A stretch of 64,000 bases of DNA, from contig JAXLQJ010000006.1 of assembly GCA_046331705.1 (NCBI GenBank), positions 1 to 64,000 on the forward strand, in the 5' to 3' direction. This document shows positions 10,097-20,019 of this stretch, piece by piece. Positions within the stretch are counted from its first letter, which is position 1; each line of letters begins with the position of its first letter. The position numbers and the translations under genes are program-made. The notes under the pieces were generated by a model that was not told the origin of the DNA, searched no databases, and worked only from the letters and a program-made list of their open reading frames with translations. This DNA is from a bacterium (GTDB taxonomy: Bacteria; JADJOY01).

Positions 10097-10168
10097 GGAC
10101 GGCTGGACGCGCACGGCGCGGCGGCCTATCTCTGCTCGGGGCACGCGTCGCGCGCGCGTCCAGACGCC

Positions 10169-11449
10169 ATGACCTCCACCCACGCGATCAACTTCTCCTG
10201 GCTCGTGAAGCTGCGCTGGGGCTTCATCGCGGGCCAGCTCGCGCTCATCGTGCTGGTGGCCGGGGCGCTCGGCATCGCCGGGCCGATCGGCTGGTTGCTG
10301 GTCGTGGTCGCCGCCGAGGTGGCGTTCAACCTCGGGCTCGCGCGCTGGAGCGCCGCGCACGCCGAGCACATCGCGGAGCGTCACCTCGCGGTGGTGATGA
10401 TGGCGGACGTGCTGACGCTCACCGTGCTGCTCGCGCTCTCCGGCGGCTCGTTCAACCCGTTCAGCGCGCTCTACCTGGTGCACGTGGCGCTCGCCGCGGT
10501 GATCCTGACGCCCGCGTGGACGTGGGCGCTGGTCGCCCTCGGCATGACGTCGTTCGGCTCGCTCTTCCTGGTGGGAAGCAGCTCGTCCGCCAGCCACCAT
10601 GGGATGCACGGCGGCGACACGCCCGTGGGCCTTCACCTCTACGGCATGTGGCTCGCGTTCGGGCTCGCGGCGGCGTTCATCGTGTACTTCATCCAACGCG
10701 TCCGGCGCGCGCTCACCGAGCGCGACCGCGACCTCGCTCGCGCGCGGGAAGCGGCGGAACGAGGCGAGCGGCTCACCTCGCTCGCCACCCTCGCCGCCGG
10801 CGCCGCGCACGAGCTGGCGAGCCCGCTCTCCACGATCGCCGTGGCGGCGAAGGAGCTGGAGCGCACGCTCACCCGCACGGCGGCGGCATCCGAGATCACC
10901 GACGATGCGCGGCTGATCCGCGAGCAGGTCGAGCGCTGCCGCGACATCCTGAGCCAGCTCGCCGCCGATGCCGGGCAGACACTCGGCGAATCGAGCGAAG
11001 CGATCGTGCTCGACGACCTGATCGAGGAGATCGTGCGGACGGCGCCGCTCGGCGCGGTGGTGGAAGCGTCGATCGCCGCCGACGCGCGCGGAGTGCGTAT
11101 CCTCGGCCCGCGGCGCACGCTGATCCAGGCGGTCGGCGGGCTCGTGAAGAACGCCGTGCAGGCCTCGCCGCAGGGGTCGCCGGTGCGCGTCAGCGCCTCC
11201 ACGCACGCATCGACGATCGAGCTGCGGGTCGAAGACCATGGCACCGGCATGACGCAGGAGGTCCTGGCTCACGCGGGCGAGCCGTTCTTCACCACCAAGC
11301 CGCCCAGCGGCCCCGGTCGCGGCATGGGCCTGGGCCTCTTTCTCGCTCGCAGCGTGGCGGAGCGCCTGGGCGGTGGGCTCGAGCTCGACTCGGGACCGGG
11401 CCGCGGTACCATCGCGCGGTTCCACGTACGCTTGGCGAGGGCTTCCTGA
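10169..11449 (+). CDS. regB: RegB/PrrB/ActS-family redox sensor histidine kinase
   Basis: LVKLRW start, multiple TM helices, quinone-binding motif GGSFNPF, H-box AAHELASPL, conserved Cys in QVERCRDIL, EPFFTTK, GMGLGLFL. Confidence 0.88.
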   Translation: MTSTHAINFSWLVKLRWGFIAGQLALIVLVAGALGIAGPIGWLLVVVAAEVAFNLGLARWSAAHAEHIAERHLAVVMMADVLTLTVLLALSGGSFNPFSALYLVHVALAAVILTPAWTWALVALGMTSFGSLFLVGSSSSASHHGMHGGDTPVGLHLYGMWLAFGLAAAFIVYFIQRVRRALTERDRDLARAREAAERGERLTSLATLAAGAAHELASPLSTIAVAAKELERTLTRTAAASEITDDARLIREQVERCRDILSQLAADAGQTLGESSEAIVLDDLIEEIVRTAPLGAVVEASIAADARGVRILGPRRTLIQAVGGLVKNAVQASPQGSPVRVSASTHASTIELRVEDHGTGMTQEVLAHAGEPFFTTKPPSGPGRGMGLGLFLARSVAERLGGGLELDSGPGRGTIARFHVRLARAS

Positions 11450-11457
11450 GCGACGCC

Positions 11458-12021
<564 letters not shown>

Positions 12022-12043
12022 GCAGCGGGCTGCGGCGACGCGC

Positions 12044-13066
12044 TCAAAGCCGCCAGGTGAGCCCGCCGCGCAGGCGGAAATCGGGCACGAGCTGCACGCT
12101 GGAGTTCTGCTGGTTCACCGGCAGATCGATGGCGAAGGTAGCCCCTAGCGAATTGCCCCACGTGAACGCGAGCGCCGGCCCCAGATAGAGCGCAGTGATC
12201 GCGGTGTCGTCCGTCTCGACGCCGTCGACGGTGTCGTTCTCCTTCCACTCGCCGCTCACGCCGAGCTGGACCGAGAACGTGTAGTCGTGCTCCAGGATGG
12301 CGAAGATCCCGGGGCCGCCGCCGAAGGTGAGCTCGTTGGCGTAGCGATAGTCGAAGTCGCCGGTGCCGCGGATGGCGTATTGGACGCCGGCAGTGGCGAA
12401 GAATTTGTACCAGCTCGCGAATACCTGCCCGCCGATGATGCCGTCCACCGATCCCGAGCCGAGCGCCAGGTCGTGGCCGTGGACGCCACTCGGCGGGAAG
12501 CCTTCGTGCGGCTCGTCCTCGTGGCGGGGAATGGCCGAGACGGCGCGCGCCATCGCGTGGTCGTCCTCGGCGATCTCCTCGGCGATGCGATCGGTGCTCC
12601 CGGTGGGCAGCTCGATCCCGCCGAGGAGCGAAACGCGAAACATCGTCTCGCCGTCCATGTGCGAGATCGGCCGATACGTGGCCAGCAGCGACACATCGCC
12701 GAGCCCGTTCTCGTGGCCGACCTGCCAGGTGCCGTCCACCGGCCTGCGGAAGTCGCGGACGATCAGCGGCACCGTGACCTGGATGCCCAGCTCCGGGATG
12801 AAGTCGTAGCCCACCAGCAACTGCGTCACGGAGCTCGTGAGCTGCTGCCCACCGCCCGGGATCTCGTTGCCAGCACGCTGAAGGGTTTGAAAGCGACTCA
12901 GCTGTTCAGCCGCGCCGAGCCATGGCCCGGGCGAGCTCTCGCGCAGCTCCGTCGCCACGTACACGGCACACACGTCGCAAGCACGCGCCGGGCGCGACCC
13001 CACCCCGCTCAGCAGCACCAGCGCCGCCGCGCTCACGGCACACCCTCGCACTGCGCTCCACGCCAT
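12044..13066 (-). CDS. Secreted putative outer-membrane barrel ('transporter' family) with N-terminal CxxC and a His-rich loop
   Basis: Signal peptide ending ARA followed by CDVC; GLGDVSL, LGGIELPTG, LGSGSVD; loop DDHAM..RHEDEPHE..VHGH; C-terminus GLTWRL. Confidence 0.7.
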   Translation of the reverse strand: MAWSAVRGCAVSAAALVLLSGVGSRPARACDVCAVYVATELRESSPGPWLGAAEQLSRFQTLQRAGNEIPGGGQQLTSSVTQLLVGYDFIPELGIQVTVPLIVRDFRRPVDGTWQVGHENGLGDVSLLATYRPISHMDGETMFRVSLLGGIELPTGSTDRIAEEIAEDDHAMARAVSAIPRHEDEPHEGFPPSGVHGHDLALGSGSVDGIIGGQVFASWYKFFATAGVQYAIRGTGDFDYRYANELTFGGGPGIFAILEHDYTFSVQLGVSGEWKENDTVDGVETDDTAITALYLGPALAFTWGNSLGATFAIDLPVNQQNSSVQLVPDFRLRGGLTWRL

Positions 13067-13117
13067 GCTCGGCCTCCTCTCGCTCGTCGGCATACCGACG
13101 CCGGCGCACGCAGGGAA

Positions 13118-13134
13118 TGCGACAAACCGTCGCA
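13118..13134. promoter_or_regulatory. Perfect RegA/RegR-type palindrome
   Basis: TGCGAC-AAACC-GTCGCA between the divergent barrel gene and the response regulator. Confidence 0.7.
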
Positions 13135-13187
13135 CCCGCGCGCATGGCGAGCCCGGCGGTGCGCCGCGCTCCTGCTACGATCCCGCC

Positions 13188-14552
13188 ATGGCGGACGAAG
13201 CCGAGCGAGCCGAGCTGGTGGTGCTCGTCGTGGACGACGAGCGCAACATCCGCACCACGCTCGGCGTGTGCCTCGAGGACCTGGGCTGCCGGGTGACCGG
13301 CGTAGGGAGCGCAGAGGCTGCGCTTCAGGCGCTCGATCGTGAAGTCTTCGACCTGGCGTTCCTCGACCTCAAGCTCGGCCAGGCGAACGGGCTCGAGCTC
13401 TTGCCCCAGCTCAAGGCGCGCCAGGCCGACCTGGACGTGGTGATCATCACCGCCTACGCCACCATCGAGACCGCGGTCGAGGCGATGAAGCGCGGCGCCG
13501 TCGACTACCTGCCCAAGCCGTTCTCGCCGGCACAGGTGCGGGTGGTGGTGCGGCAGATCGCCGAGCATCGCTGGCTCAGCCGTCGGGTGACCGCGCTGGA
13601 GTCGGCGCTCGCGCGCGAGGTGCCCGAGATCGACCTCGAGACGCGCGCGCCGACGATGCGCGCCGTGCTGGAGCTGGTGCGACGCGCAGCGAGCTCCGAC
13701 GTGGCGGTGCTGCTGCGCGGCGAGAGCGGCACGGGCAAAGGGGTACTGGCGCTGGCGCTCCACGAGCAGAGCCCGCGCCGCGCACGGCCGTTCGTGACCG
13801 TGAGCTGCCCGACACTCACCGACGAGCTGCTCGCCAGCGAGCTCTTCGGTCACGCCAAGGGTGCCTTCACCGGCGCGATCCGCGATCAGGTCGGCCGCGT
13901 CGAGGCCGCCCAGGGCGGCACCCTCTTCCTGGACGAGATCGGCGAGATCTCCCCCGCGCTCCAGGCCAAGCTGCTGCGCTTCCTGCAGACCAAGCAATTC
14001 GAGCGCGTCGGCGAGACCACCACGCGCCGCGCCGACGTGCGCCTGGTCGCCGCCACCAACCGCGACCTCGAAGCCGACGTGCGCGCCGGGCATTTTCGCG
14101 AGGACCTGCTCTTCCGCCTCAACGTGATCGAGATCCGGATCCCGTCGCTTCGCGAACGAGCCGACGACGTGCCGATTCTCGCCGATCGCTTCCTCGCGTT
14201 CTTCGCCCGCAGCGCGGGTCGACCCGTGCCCACGCTGACCGCCGCGGCACGCGCCGCGCTGGCGGCCTACCCCTGGCCTGGCAACGTGCGCGAGCTGCGC
14301 AATGCCATGGAGCGCGCCGTGATCCTGTGGCCCGGAGCAACGGTCGGCATCGAGGCGCTGCCCGAACGGATCGGCGCCGGTGCCCCCGATCCGCACCGGC
14401 CCCAGCTCGGTGAAGACTTCACCCTCGACGAGATCGCGCGCGAGCACCTGACCCGCGTGCTCGCGCGCGCCGCGTCGCTCGACGAAGCCGCCAAGATCCT
14501 GGGCGTCGACCCGTCCACGCTCTACCGCAAACGCAAGAAGCTCGAGGAGTGA
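13188..14552 (+). CDS. sigma54-dependent response regulator (NtrC/AlgB-like), likely partner of the kinase at 16371-18233
   Basis: Receiver [44 protein letters not shown]-terminal HTH. Confidence 0.92.
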   Translation: MADEAERAELVVLVVDDERNIRTTLGVCLEDLGCRVTGVGSAEAALQALDREVFDLAFLDLKLGQANGLELLPQLKARQADLDVVIITAYATIETAVEAMKRGAVDYLPKPFSPAQVRVVVRQIAEHRWLSRRVTALESALAREVPEIDLETRAPTMRAVLELVRRAASSDVAVLLRGESGTGKGVLALALHEQSPRRARPFVTVSCPTLTDELLASELFGHAKGAFTGAIRDQVGRVEAAQGGTLFLDEIGEISPALQAKLLRFLQTKQFERVGETTTRRADVRLVAATNRDLEADVRAGHFREDLLFRLNVIEIRIPSLRERADDVPILADRFLAFFARSAGRPVPTLTAAARAALAAYPWPGNVRELRNAMERAVILWPGATVGIEALPERIGAGAPDPHRPQLGEDFTLDEIAREHLTRVLARAASLDEAAKILGVDPSTLYRKRKKLEE

Positions 14553-14589
14553 GCGCGACACCGCGCCCAGCAACGCGGCCACGGCTCCG

Positions 14590-14789
14590 ACGGCACCTTC
14601 GTCTGCTGGGCTCGGCGTCTCGAGCGCATCCCACACCCGCCGCGCCAGCACCACCTGGCCGTAGTCCTCGTCGCGCTCCGCAACCGCGGCTCCCGGGGCG
14701 ATCTCCACCCCGAGCCGAGCCGCCCATCCGAGCGCCCTAAGCGAATCGAGCGCCGCACCCTCGACGACGAGCTCGGTGTAGCGAGTCCG
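14590..14789 (-). pseudogene. hsdR: Relic of the N-terminus of a type I restriction endonuclease R subunit
   Basis: In frame directly after the ATPase stop, with no start codon: TRYTELVVEGAALDSLRALGW..GVEIAPG..AERDEDYGQVVLARRVWDAL. This resembles the HsdR N-terminus (FTESVVE.AAL.WL..LGW...G.EIAPG...AER.DYG.VVL..RLR.AL). Confidence 0.65.
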
Positions 14790-14795
14790 GAGGGC

Positions 14796-16262
14796 TCAGT
14801 CGCTCGAGCCGCCGTCCTCGGTGAGCGCCCGGCGCGTGAGCTCCGAGCGCCCGAGCCAGTAACACGCGAGCGAAGCCGGGATCTTCACGGCGAGGGCGCT
14901 GCCGCTCGATACCGGCAACGCCAGAGCTCCGAAGTCACGAAGGTCCTTGGTGATGACGTACGCACGTTCGACTTTGCGGCGCTCGCAGAACTCGGTGAGC
15001 CCTTTCAGCGCACCAGCACCGGTGTCGGTCGCCCGGTACTTCACCTCGAACGGCACCAGTCGTTGTCCGACCTGCGCGATCACGTCCACTTCGTGGCCCT
15101 TCCGATTCCGCCAGTACGAGAAGCCAATGCTCCGCGAGTAGTAGTGAGTATACGCGTGCTTGAAGAATGCACTCTCCACCGCGACGCCCAGCGCGGCGTC
15201 ATCCTCGAGCAGCGCCTTGCCCCGAAGCAACACGCTGGGTCCGATCGCCGGATCGGCGAGATACACCTTGGAGCGACCGCGAAGCACTTCTTTCCCGTAC
15301 CCGAACGGCATCAGCCGATAGATCAGATGGGTGGCCTCCAGCAGGTCGATGAAGCTCGCTACCGTCGGACGATTGAGCGACAGGTTCTTGCAAAGATCGG
15401 GCAGGTCCAGCAACGCGCCGTCGTGTAGGCACAGGTAGAGAAACACGTGCTCGAGCTCGACGACTCGGCGAACACCAAAGAGCGCCGTCATGTCGCGCTT
15501 CAGGACCTTGTCGACGATGTCCTCGCGCAACAGCTTCTGGGCGGTGGTGACACTCTCGACCAGCACGCTCTGGGGGAAGCCTCCCCGCAGCAGGTAATCG
15601 TGAAAGAGCGCCACGTACGCCTGTGCCCCCTCGGCCACCTGCGCGAATCGATGGATTGGCCACTCGAACAGCTCCTGTAGCGACCGCACCTCCGGCAGCT
15701 CCGGCACACGCGCCTTTCGGAGCATGAGGTATTCGTAGAAAGAGAGCGTCGCCAGCCGGATCGTCTGCCAGCGCCCCACCCCCGACTCCTGGCCCTCGCG
15801 CGTCAACGGAGTCGCCGACCCGGTGAGCGCGATTCGGCGTCGCTTCTCGAAATCGACCTGGTGCTTGACCCAGGTCTGCCAGTTCTTGGTGATCTGGATC
15901 TCGTCCAAGAACAAGTACTCGGGGCCATCCTGCTGAGGCTCGTACTCGCGCCACAGCCGCACCAAGTGCTCGAGCCCCACCAGCTTGAAGAGCGGATGGT
16001 CGAGCGTGACGTACAGGATGTTCTCCGGTGGAATGCCGCGGTCCAGCAACCGATCGATCGTCTGAAGGAAGAGTGTGGTCTTGCCGACCTGGCGCGGCCC
16101 GGAGAGGAGTAGCGCGCGCCCAGCGGGCGGGCTCTCCGCCCACGTCGTGATCTCGTGGAACGCCGCCCGCCGCCAGTCCGGCAGATCGGGAAACCGTCCC
16201 CCGCCCCACCACGGGTTGTACTGACGGAGCACAGCAAACAGCTCTGCGGACGTCGCGATCAC
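14796..16262 (-). CDS. AAA_14/DUF4143-type ATP-binding protein
   Basis: NPWW start, Walker A GPRQVGKTT, Walker B LFLDEIQ, LTGS, YLLRGGFP, KVYLADP, C-terminal EVDVI..PFEVK. Visibly less GC-rich than its flanks. Confidence 0.88.
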   Translation of the reverse strand: MIATSAELFAVLRQYNPWWGGGRFPDLPDWRRAAFHEITTWAESPPAGRALLLSGPRQVGKTTLFLQTIDRLLDRGIPPENILYVTLDHPLFKLVGLEHLVRLWREYEPQQDGPEYLFLDEIQITKNWQTWVKHQVDFEKRRRIALTGSATPLTREGQESGVGRWQTIRLATLSFYEYLMLRKARVPELPEVRSLQELFEWPIHRFAQVAEGAQAYVALFHDYLLRGGFPQSVLVESVTTAQKLLREDIVDKVLKRDMTALFGVRRVVELEHVFLYLCLHDGALLDLPDLCKNLSLNRPTVASFIDLLEATHLIYRLMPFGYGKEVLRGRSKVYLADPAIGPSVLLRGKALLEDDAALGVAVESAFFKHAYTHYYSRSIGFSYWRNRKGHEVDVIAQVGQRLVPFEVKYRATDTGAGALKGLTEFCERRKVERAYVITKDLRDFGALALPVSSGSALAVKIPASLACYWLGRSELTRRALTEDGGSSD

Positions 16263-16370
16263 ATCAACAGTGTACGCGACGGATCGCGATTAGCAAATTC
16301 ATACCTTCACTATGGATCACTTTTTGTTAATTTTCGCTCCGGATCTGCGTCAAATCTCGCGGCAAGCCGA

Positions 16371-18233
16371 TCATCGAGGGGTGGGGGGTGGAGAGCTTGC
16401 TCCTTCGACGCCGGCCAGCGGCAGGGTGAACCAGAACACGGCGCCGCCGTCGTCGTTGTCCTCGACGCCGATGCGGCCGCCGTGCGCTTCGACGATCTCC
16501 TTGGCGATCGAGAGGCCGAGACCGGAGCCGCCCGGCGGAGCGCCGGGTGCGCGAAAGAACCGGTCGAAGATCCGCTCGCGGAGATCGGCCGCCACACCGG
16601 GGCCGCGGTCGCGCACCTCGAACCGGACGTTGCCGTCCTCGAGGCGCGCGCCGAGCCGCACGGTCTCGCCGCTCGGCGTGAAGCGGATCGCGTTGGTGAT
16701 CAGGTTCGAGAGCACCAGCGCCATGCGGTCGCGGTCGGCCAGCACCTCGGGAAGGTCCACCACGACGTCGGCTTCGATCTCGACGCTGCGATGGCGGGCG
16801 TCGGCAAGGTGCGACTCGCGGGCTTCGTCGAGCAGCGAGGCGGCCCGCACGGCGTGCAGCGCCAGGTCCACCTTCCCCGACTGAAGCCGGGCCAGGTCGA
16901 GCAGGTCGTCGACGATGCGCTGGAGTCGCTCGCAATCGTCGCGGCCCGCGTGGAGCAGCTCGGCTTGCTTCGCGGTGATCGCGCCCGCCGCTCCCTCCAG
17001 GCAGAGGTGGATGGCCATGCGCAGCGACGTGAGCGGTGTCCGAAACTCGTGCGCCACCGTGGCCACCAGGTCGTTGCGAAGCTCGTCGAAGCGCCTGAGC
17101 CGGGTGACGTCCTGCAGAATCACGGTGACACCGGTGACACCGGCGCCGCCGTAGAGTGGGCTCGCCCGCGGCAGCAAGTAGGTGTCCACGCCGCCGGCGG
17201 GCAGGCGCACGGTCTCCTCGAAGCCGCGCGGCAGGTACGCGCCCCGTCCCGCGAGCACGTGCTCGACCACGCGCTCGATCGCGCTTCGCACCTCGGGCTC
17301 GGCGCGCACCAGCGGGCTCTCGCCGGCGGGCACGTGCCACGCGTCCAGCAGCTTCTCCGCCGCCTCGTTGAGGCTGGTCACGTTGCGCTGGGTATCGAAG
17401 ACCATCACCGCGTCCGGCAGGCTGTCGATCGCCGCTTGCGACGTCTCTTGGGCCTGGAGCAGGTCCCCGAGCGTGCTCTGCCGATACTGGGTCACGCGCT
17501 CGGCCATCTGATTGAACTCGCGTCCCAGCGCGCCGATCTCGTCCTCCGTTCGGATCACGGCGCGCACCTCGGTGTCGCCCTCGCCGAGGCGGCGGGCGGC
17601 ATTCGCGAGATCGTCGAGCGGGCGCAGCAACCGAGTGGTGAGGAACGACGAGGCGCCGAACCCGGCGAGCAGCGCGACCACCGAGACCAAGCTCATGAGC
17701 TGGTTCATGTGCGCGGCGCTCGCGAGCGCGGCATCGCTCTTGTGCAGCATCGCGTCCTGGTTGAGATCCAGGATCGCGTCGGCGTTTCGCTTCACCGCGT
17801 CGAACGCCGGCTCCAGGTCGGCGAAATAGCGCGCGGCCAGGTCGGGGCTGGTCGGCAGGGCGAAGAACGCGTCGAAGCGCTCGCGGTAGCGCGCCCACGA
17901 CTCGCGTAACCGCGCCGCGGCGTCGCGCTCGCCGGATTCGGTGATGTTGCGCTCCTCGACCAACAGCTCTTCGTCGAACCTCGGCCGATGCTTGGTGGCT
18001 TGCTCGATCGCCGCATCGCGGTGCCCGGCGACCACGAAGAGTGCCGCGCTGTCCATGCGCTCGATCGATTCCTTCATGCGCTGCGCCGCGAGCACGCTGC
18101 GGTAGTTGTCCGCCAGGATCGTCTGCGAGCTCTCGCCGAGCGCGGCCACCGTGTAGACGGAGATGCCGCCCACCGCGGCGAGCGCGATCCCCAGCGGGAT
18201 CTGCGCCAGGAGCAGCTTGGTGCGCAGGCTCAT
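16371..18233 (-). CDS. Membrane sensor histidine kinase (four-helix sensor, HAMP, PAS-like; KinB-like)
   Basis: ILADNYRSVLAAQRM, HAMP DEIGALGREFNQM, H-box VAHEFRTPLTS, NLITNAIRF, GSGLGLSIAKEIVEAHGG. Confidence 0.92.
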   Translation of the reverse strand: MSLRTKLLLAQIPLGIALAAVGGISVYTVAALGESSQTILADNYRSVLAAQRMKESIERMDSAALFVVAGHRDAAIEQATKHRPRFDEELLVEERNITESGERDAAARLRESWARYRERFDAFFALPTSPDLAARYFADLEPAFDAVKRNADAILDLNQDAMLHKSDAALASAAHMNQLMSLVSVVALLAGFGASSFLTTRLLRPLDDLANAARRLGEGDTEVRAVIRTEDEIGALGREFNQMAERVTQYRQSTLGDLLQAQETSQAAIDSLPDAVMVFDTQRNVTSLNEAAEKLLDAWHVPAGESPLVRAEPEVRSAIERVVEHVLAGRGAYLPRGFEETVRLPAGGVDTYLLPRASPLYGGAGVTGVTVILQDVTRLRRFDELRNDLVATVAHEFRTPLTSLRMAIHLCLEGAAGAITAKQAELLHAGRDDCERLQRIVDDLLDLARLQSGKVDLALHAVRAASLLDEARESHLADARHRSVEIEADVVVDLPEVLADRDRMALVLSNLITNAIRFTPSGETVRLGARLEDGNVRFEVRDRGPGVAADLRERIFDRFFRAPGAPPGGSGLGLSIAKEIVEAHGGRIGVEDNDDGGAVFWFTLPLAGVEGASSPPPTPR

Positions 18234-19387
18234 CGCTCGGCTCGATGTTCCTGAGAGGTCACGATGTGGAGGTCGAAGCCTTCCGATTCCTCGACCAGCC
18301 GGCGCACCACGTCACGACGCCGCATGCGGCTCAGCCACGAGGAGGACGGCCGCCCCACGACGATGTCGCTGACGGCGTGGGTGCGCGCGAAGTCGAGGAT
18401 CGCAGGAGCGGGGTCGTGCGCCTTGAGCTTCACCACCTCGGCGCCCAGCTCGCGCGCCAAGGCGATGGCGTCGTGAAGCTGCCGCTGTGCGGTCGCGTCG
18501 ATGTGCAGCGGGTCCTCCCCCGGGGTCTGGACGTACACCATGTACCAATCGGAGTTGAGCCTCCCGGCCATCCGCGAGCCGCGCCTGAGCAGCTCGCGGG
18601 CGCGCGGCGAGGCCGACGCGATGCACACCATCACGCGCGCGGCCCCCGGCCGCGGGCCCCCGCGCCCACCGTTGGGGCTGGCGGGCTGGGCGGCGCGCTC
18701 GACGCTCTCCGCCACCTCGCGCAGCACCAGCTCGCGCAGCGTGGCGAGATTCGAGTCCTTGAAGAAATGGCTCAGCGCCCAATCGATCTTCTCGCCGGCG
18801 TAGATCTTGCCCGCGCGCAGCCGCTCGAGGAGATCCTCCACGGCGAGGTCCACGGTGACCACCTGATCGGCGAGCTTGAGGAAGGTATCGGGGACGGTCT
18901 CGTGGATGGTGACGCCGGTGGCCCGCTCCACCAGATCGTTGAGCGACTCGAGGTGCTGGACGTTGAACGCACAGATCACGTTGATGCCGGCTTCCAGCAG
19001 CGCCTCGATGTCCTGGTGCCGGCGCAGGTGAGTGCTGCCGGGGACGTTGGTGTGCGCCACCTCGTCGACGATCGCCACCTGCGGCTGGCGCGCGAGGATC
19101 GCCTCGAGGTCCATCTCCTCGATGACCACGCCCCGATACTCGATTCGCCGGCGCGGCACGCATTCGAGGGAGCCGATCAGCGCCGCGGTCTCCGCGCGGC
19201 CGTGGGTTTCGACCAGTCCCACCACGACATCCACGCCGCGCTTCACGAGCGCGTGCGCCTCCTCGAGCATCCGATAGGTCTTGCCGACTCCCGCCGCGAA
19301 GCCCAGATAGACCTTGAGCCGGCCGCGCTTGGCGCGCTCGACCAGCTCGAGGAAGTCTTCGGGACGTTTGCGTTCGGTTGCGCTCAT
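18230..19387 (-). CDS. kdpD: Stand-alone KdpD N-terminal sensor domain plus Usp domain
   Basis: RGRLKVYLGFAAGVGKTYRML, VETHGRAET, EMDLEAIL, VDEVAHTN, NVQHLESLND; no kinase domain. Confidence 0.9.
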   Translation of the reverse strand: MSATERKRPEDFLELVERAKRGRLKVYLGFAAGVGKTYRMLEEAHALVKRGVDVVVGLVETHGRAETAALIGSLECVPRRRIEYRGVVIEEMDLEAILARQPQVAIVDEVAHTNVPGSTHLRRHQDIEALLEAGINVICAFNVQHLESLNDLVERATGVTIHETVPDTFLKLADQVVTVDLAVEDLLERLRAGKIYAGEKIDWALSHFFKDSNLATLRELVLREVAESVERAAQPASPNGGRGGPRPGAARVMVCIASASPRARELLRRGSRMAGRLNSDWYMVYVQTPGEDPLHIDATAQRQLHDAIALARELGAEVVKLKAHDPAPAILDFARTHAVSDIVVGRPSSSWLSRMRRRDVVRRLVEESEGFDLHIVTSQEHRAER

Positions 19388-19394
19388 GCCGGAT

Positions 19395-20000
19395 CTACTC
19401 GGGAGGTGGGCCGGCCGATGGTGCACCGAATTGACGGTCGAGGGCCAGGTTCACGCGCAGCACGTTCACCGTCGGCTCGCCCAGGAACCCGAGATCCCGC
19501 CCTTTGACGTGGGCGCGAAGCACGGCTTCGACGCGCTCTGCGGACACGCCGCGCGCCTTCGCGATGCGCGGCACCTGCCAGAACGCCGCCGCAGGCGAGA
19601 GGTGCGGATCGAGCCCGCTGGCGGAGGTGGTGACGAGCTCGGCGGGCACGGTGCGCGTCGCGTCCGGATTCGCCGCCAGCAGTCGCTCGACGTCGGCCGC
19701 CACCCGGTCACGAAGCTTTCGCGACGTGGGTCCGAGGTTCGAGCCGCCCGAGGCGGTCGCATCGTAGCCGCTCGCTCCCGCGGCCGAGGGGCGTGGCTGC
19801 AGGTAGCCCGGATTCGTGAAGGGCTGGCCGATCAGGCTCGAGCCCACCACCTCCCCGTCTTCCCGTTTCACCAGGCTCCCGTTCGCCTTGGCCGAGAAGA
19901 GCCCCTGTGCCACGGCGGTGATGGCCAAGGGATACAGAAGGCCCGTCAGCACGAGCGTGACGACGGTGGTCCGGATCGCAATCGAGAATTCGCGTTTCAC
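19395..20000 (-). CDS. kdpC: K+-transporting ATPase subunit C
   Basis: [58 protein letters not shown]. Confidence 0.95.
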   Translation of the reverse strand: MKREFSIAIRTTVVTLVLTGLLYPLAITAVAQGLFSAKANGSLVKREDGEVVGSSLIGQPFTNPGYLQPRPSAAGASGYDATASGGSNLGPTSRKLRDRVAADVERLLAANPDATRTVPAELVTTSASGLDPHLSPAAAFWQVPRIAKARGVSAERVEAVLRAHVKGRDLGFLGEPTVNVLRVNLALDRQFGAPSAGPPPE

Positions 20001-20019
20001 GGTGTTCTCCCTGCCGGCC

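Noticed and set aside
16346-16361. RegA-like TGCGTCAAATCTCGC
   Set aside because: Spacer is one base short and both half-sites are imperfect; too weak to count.
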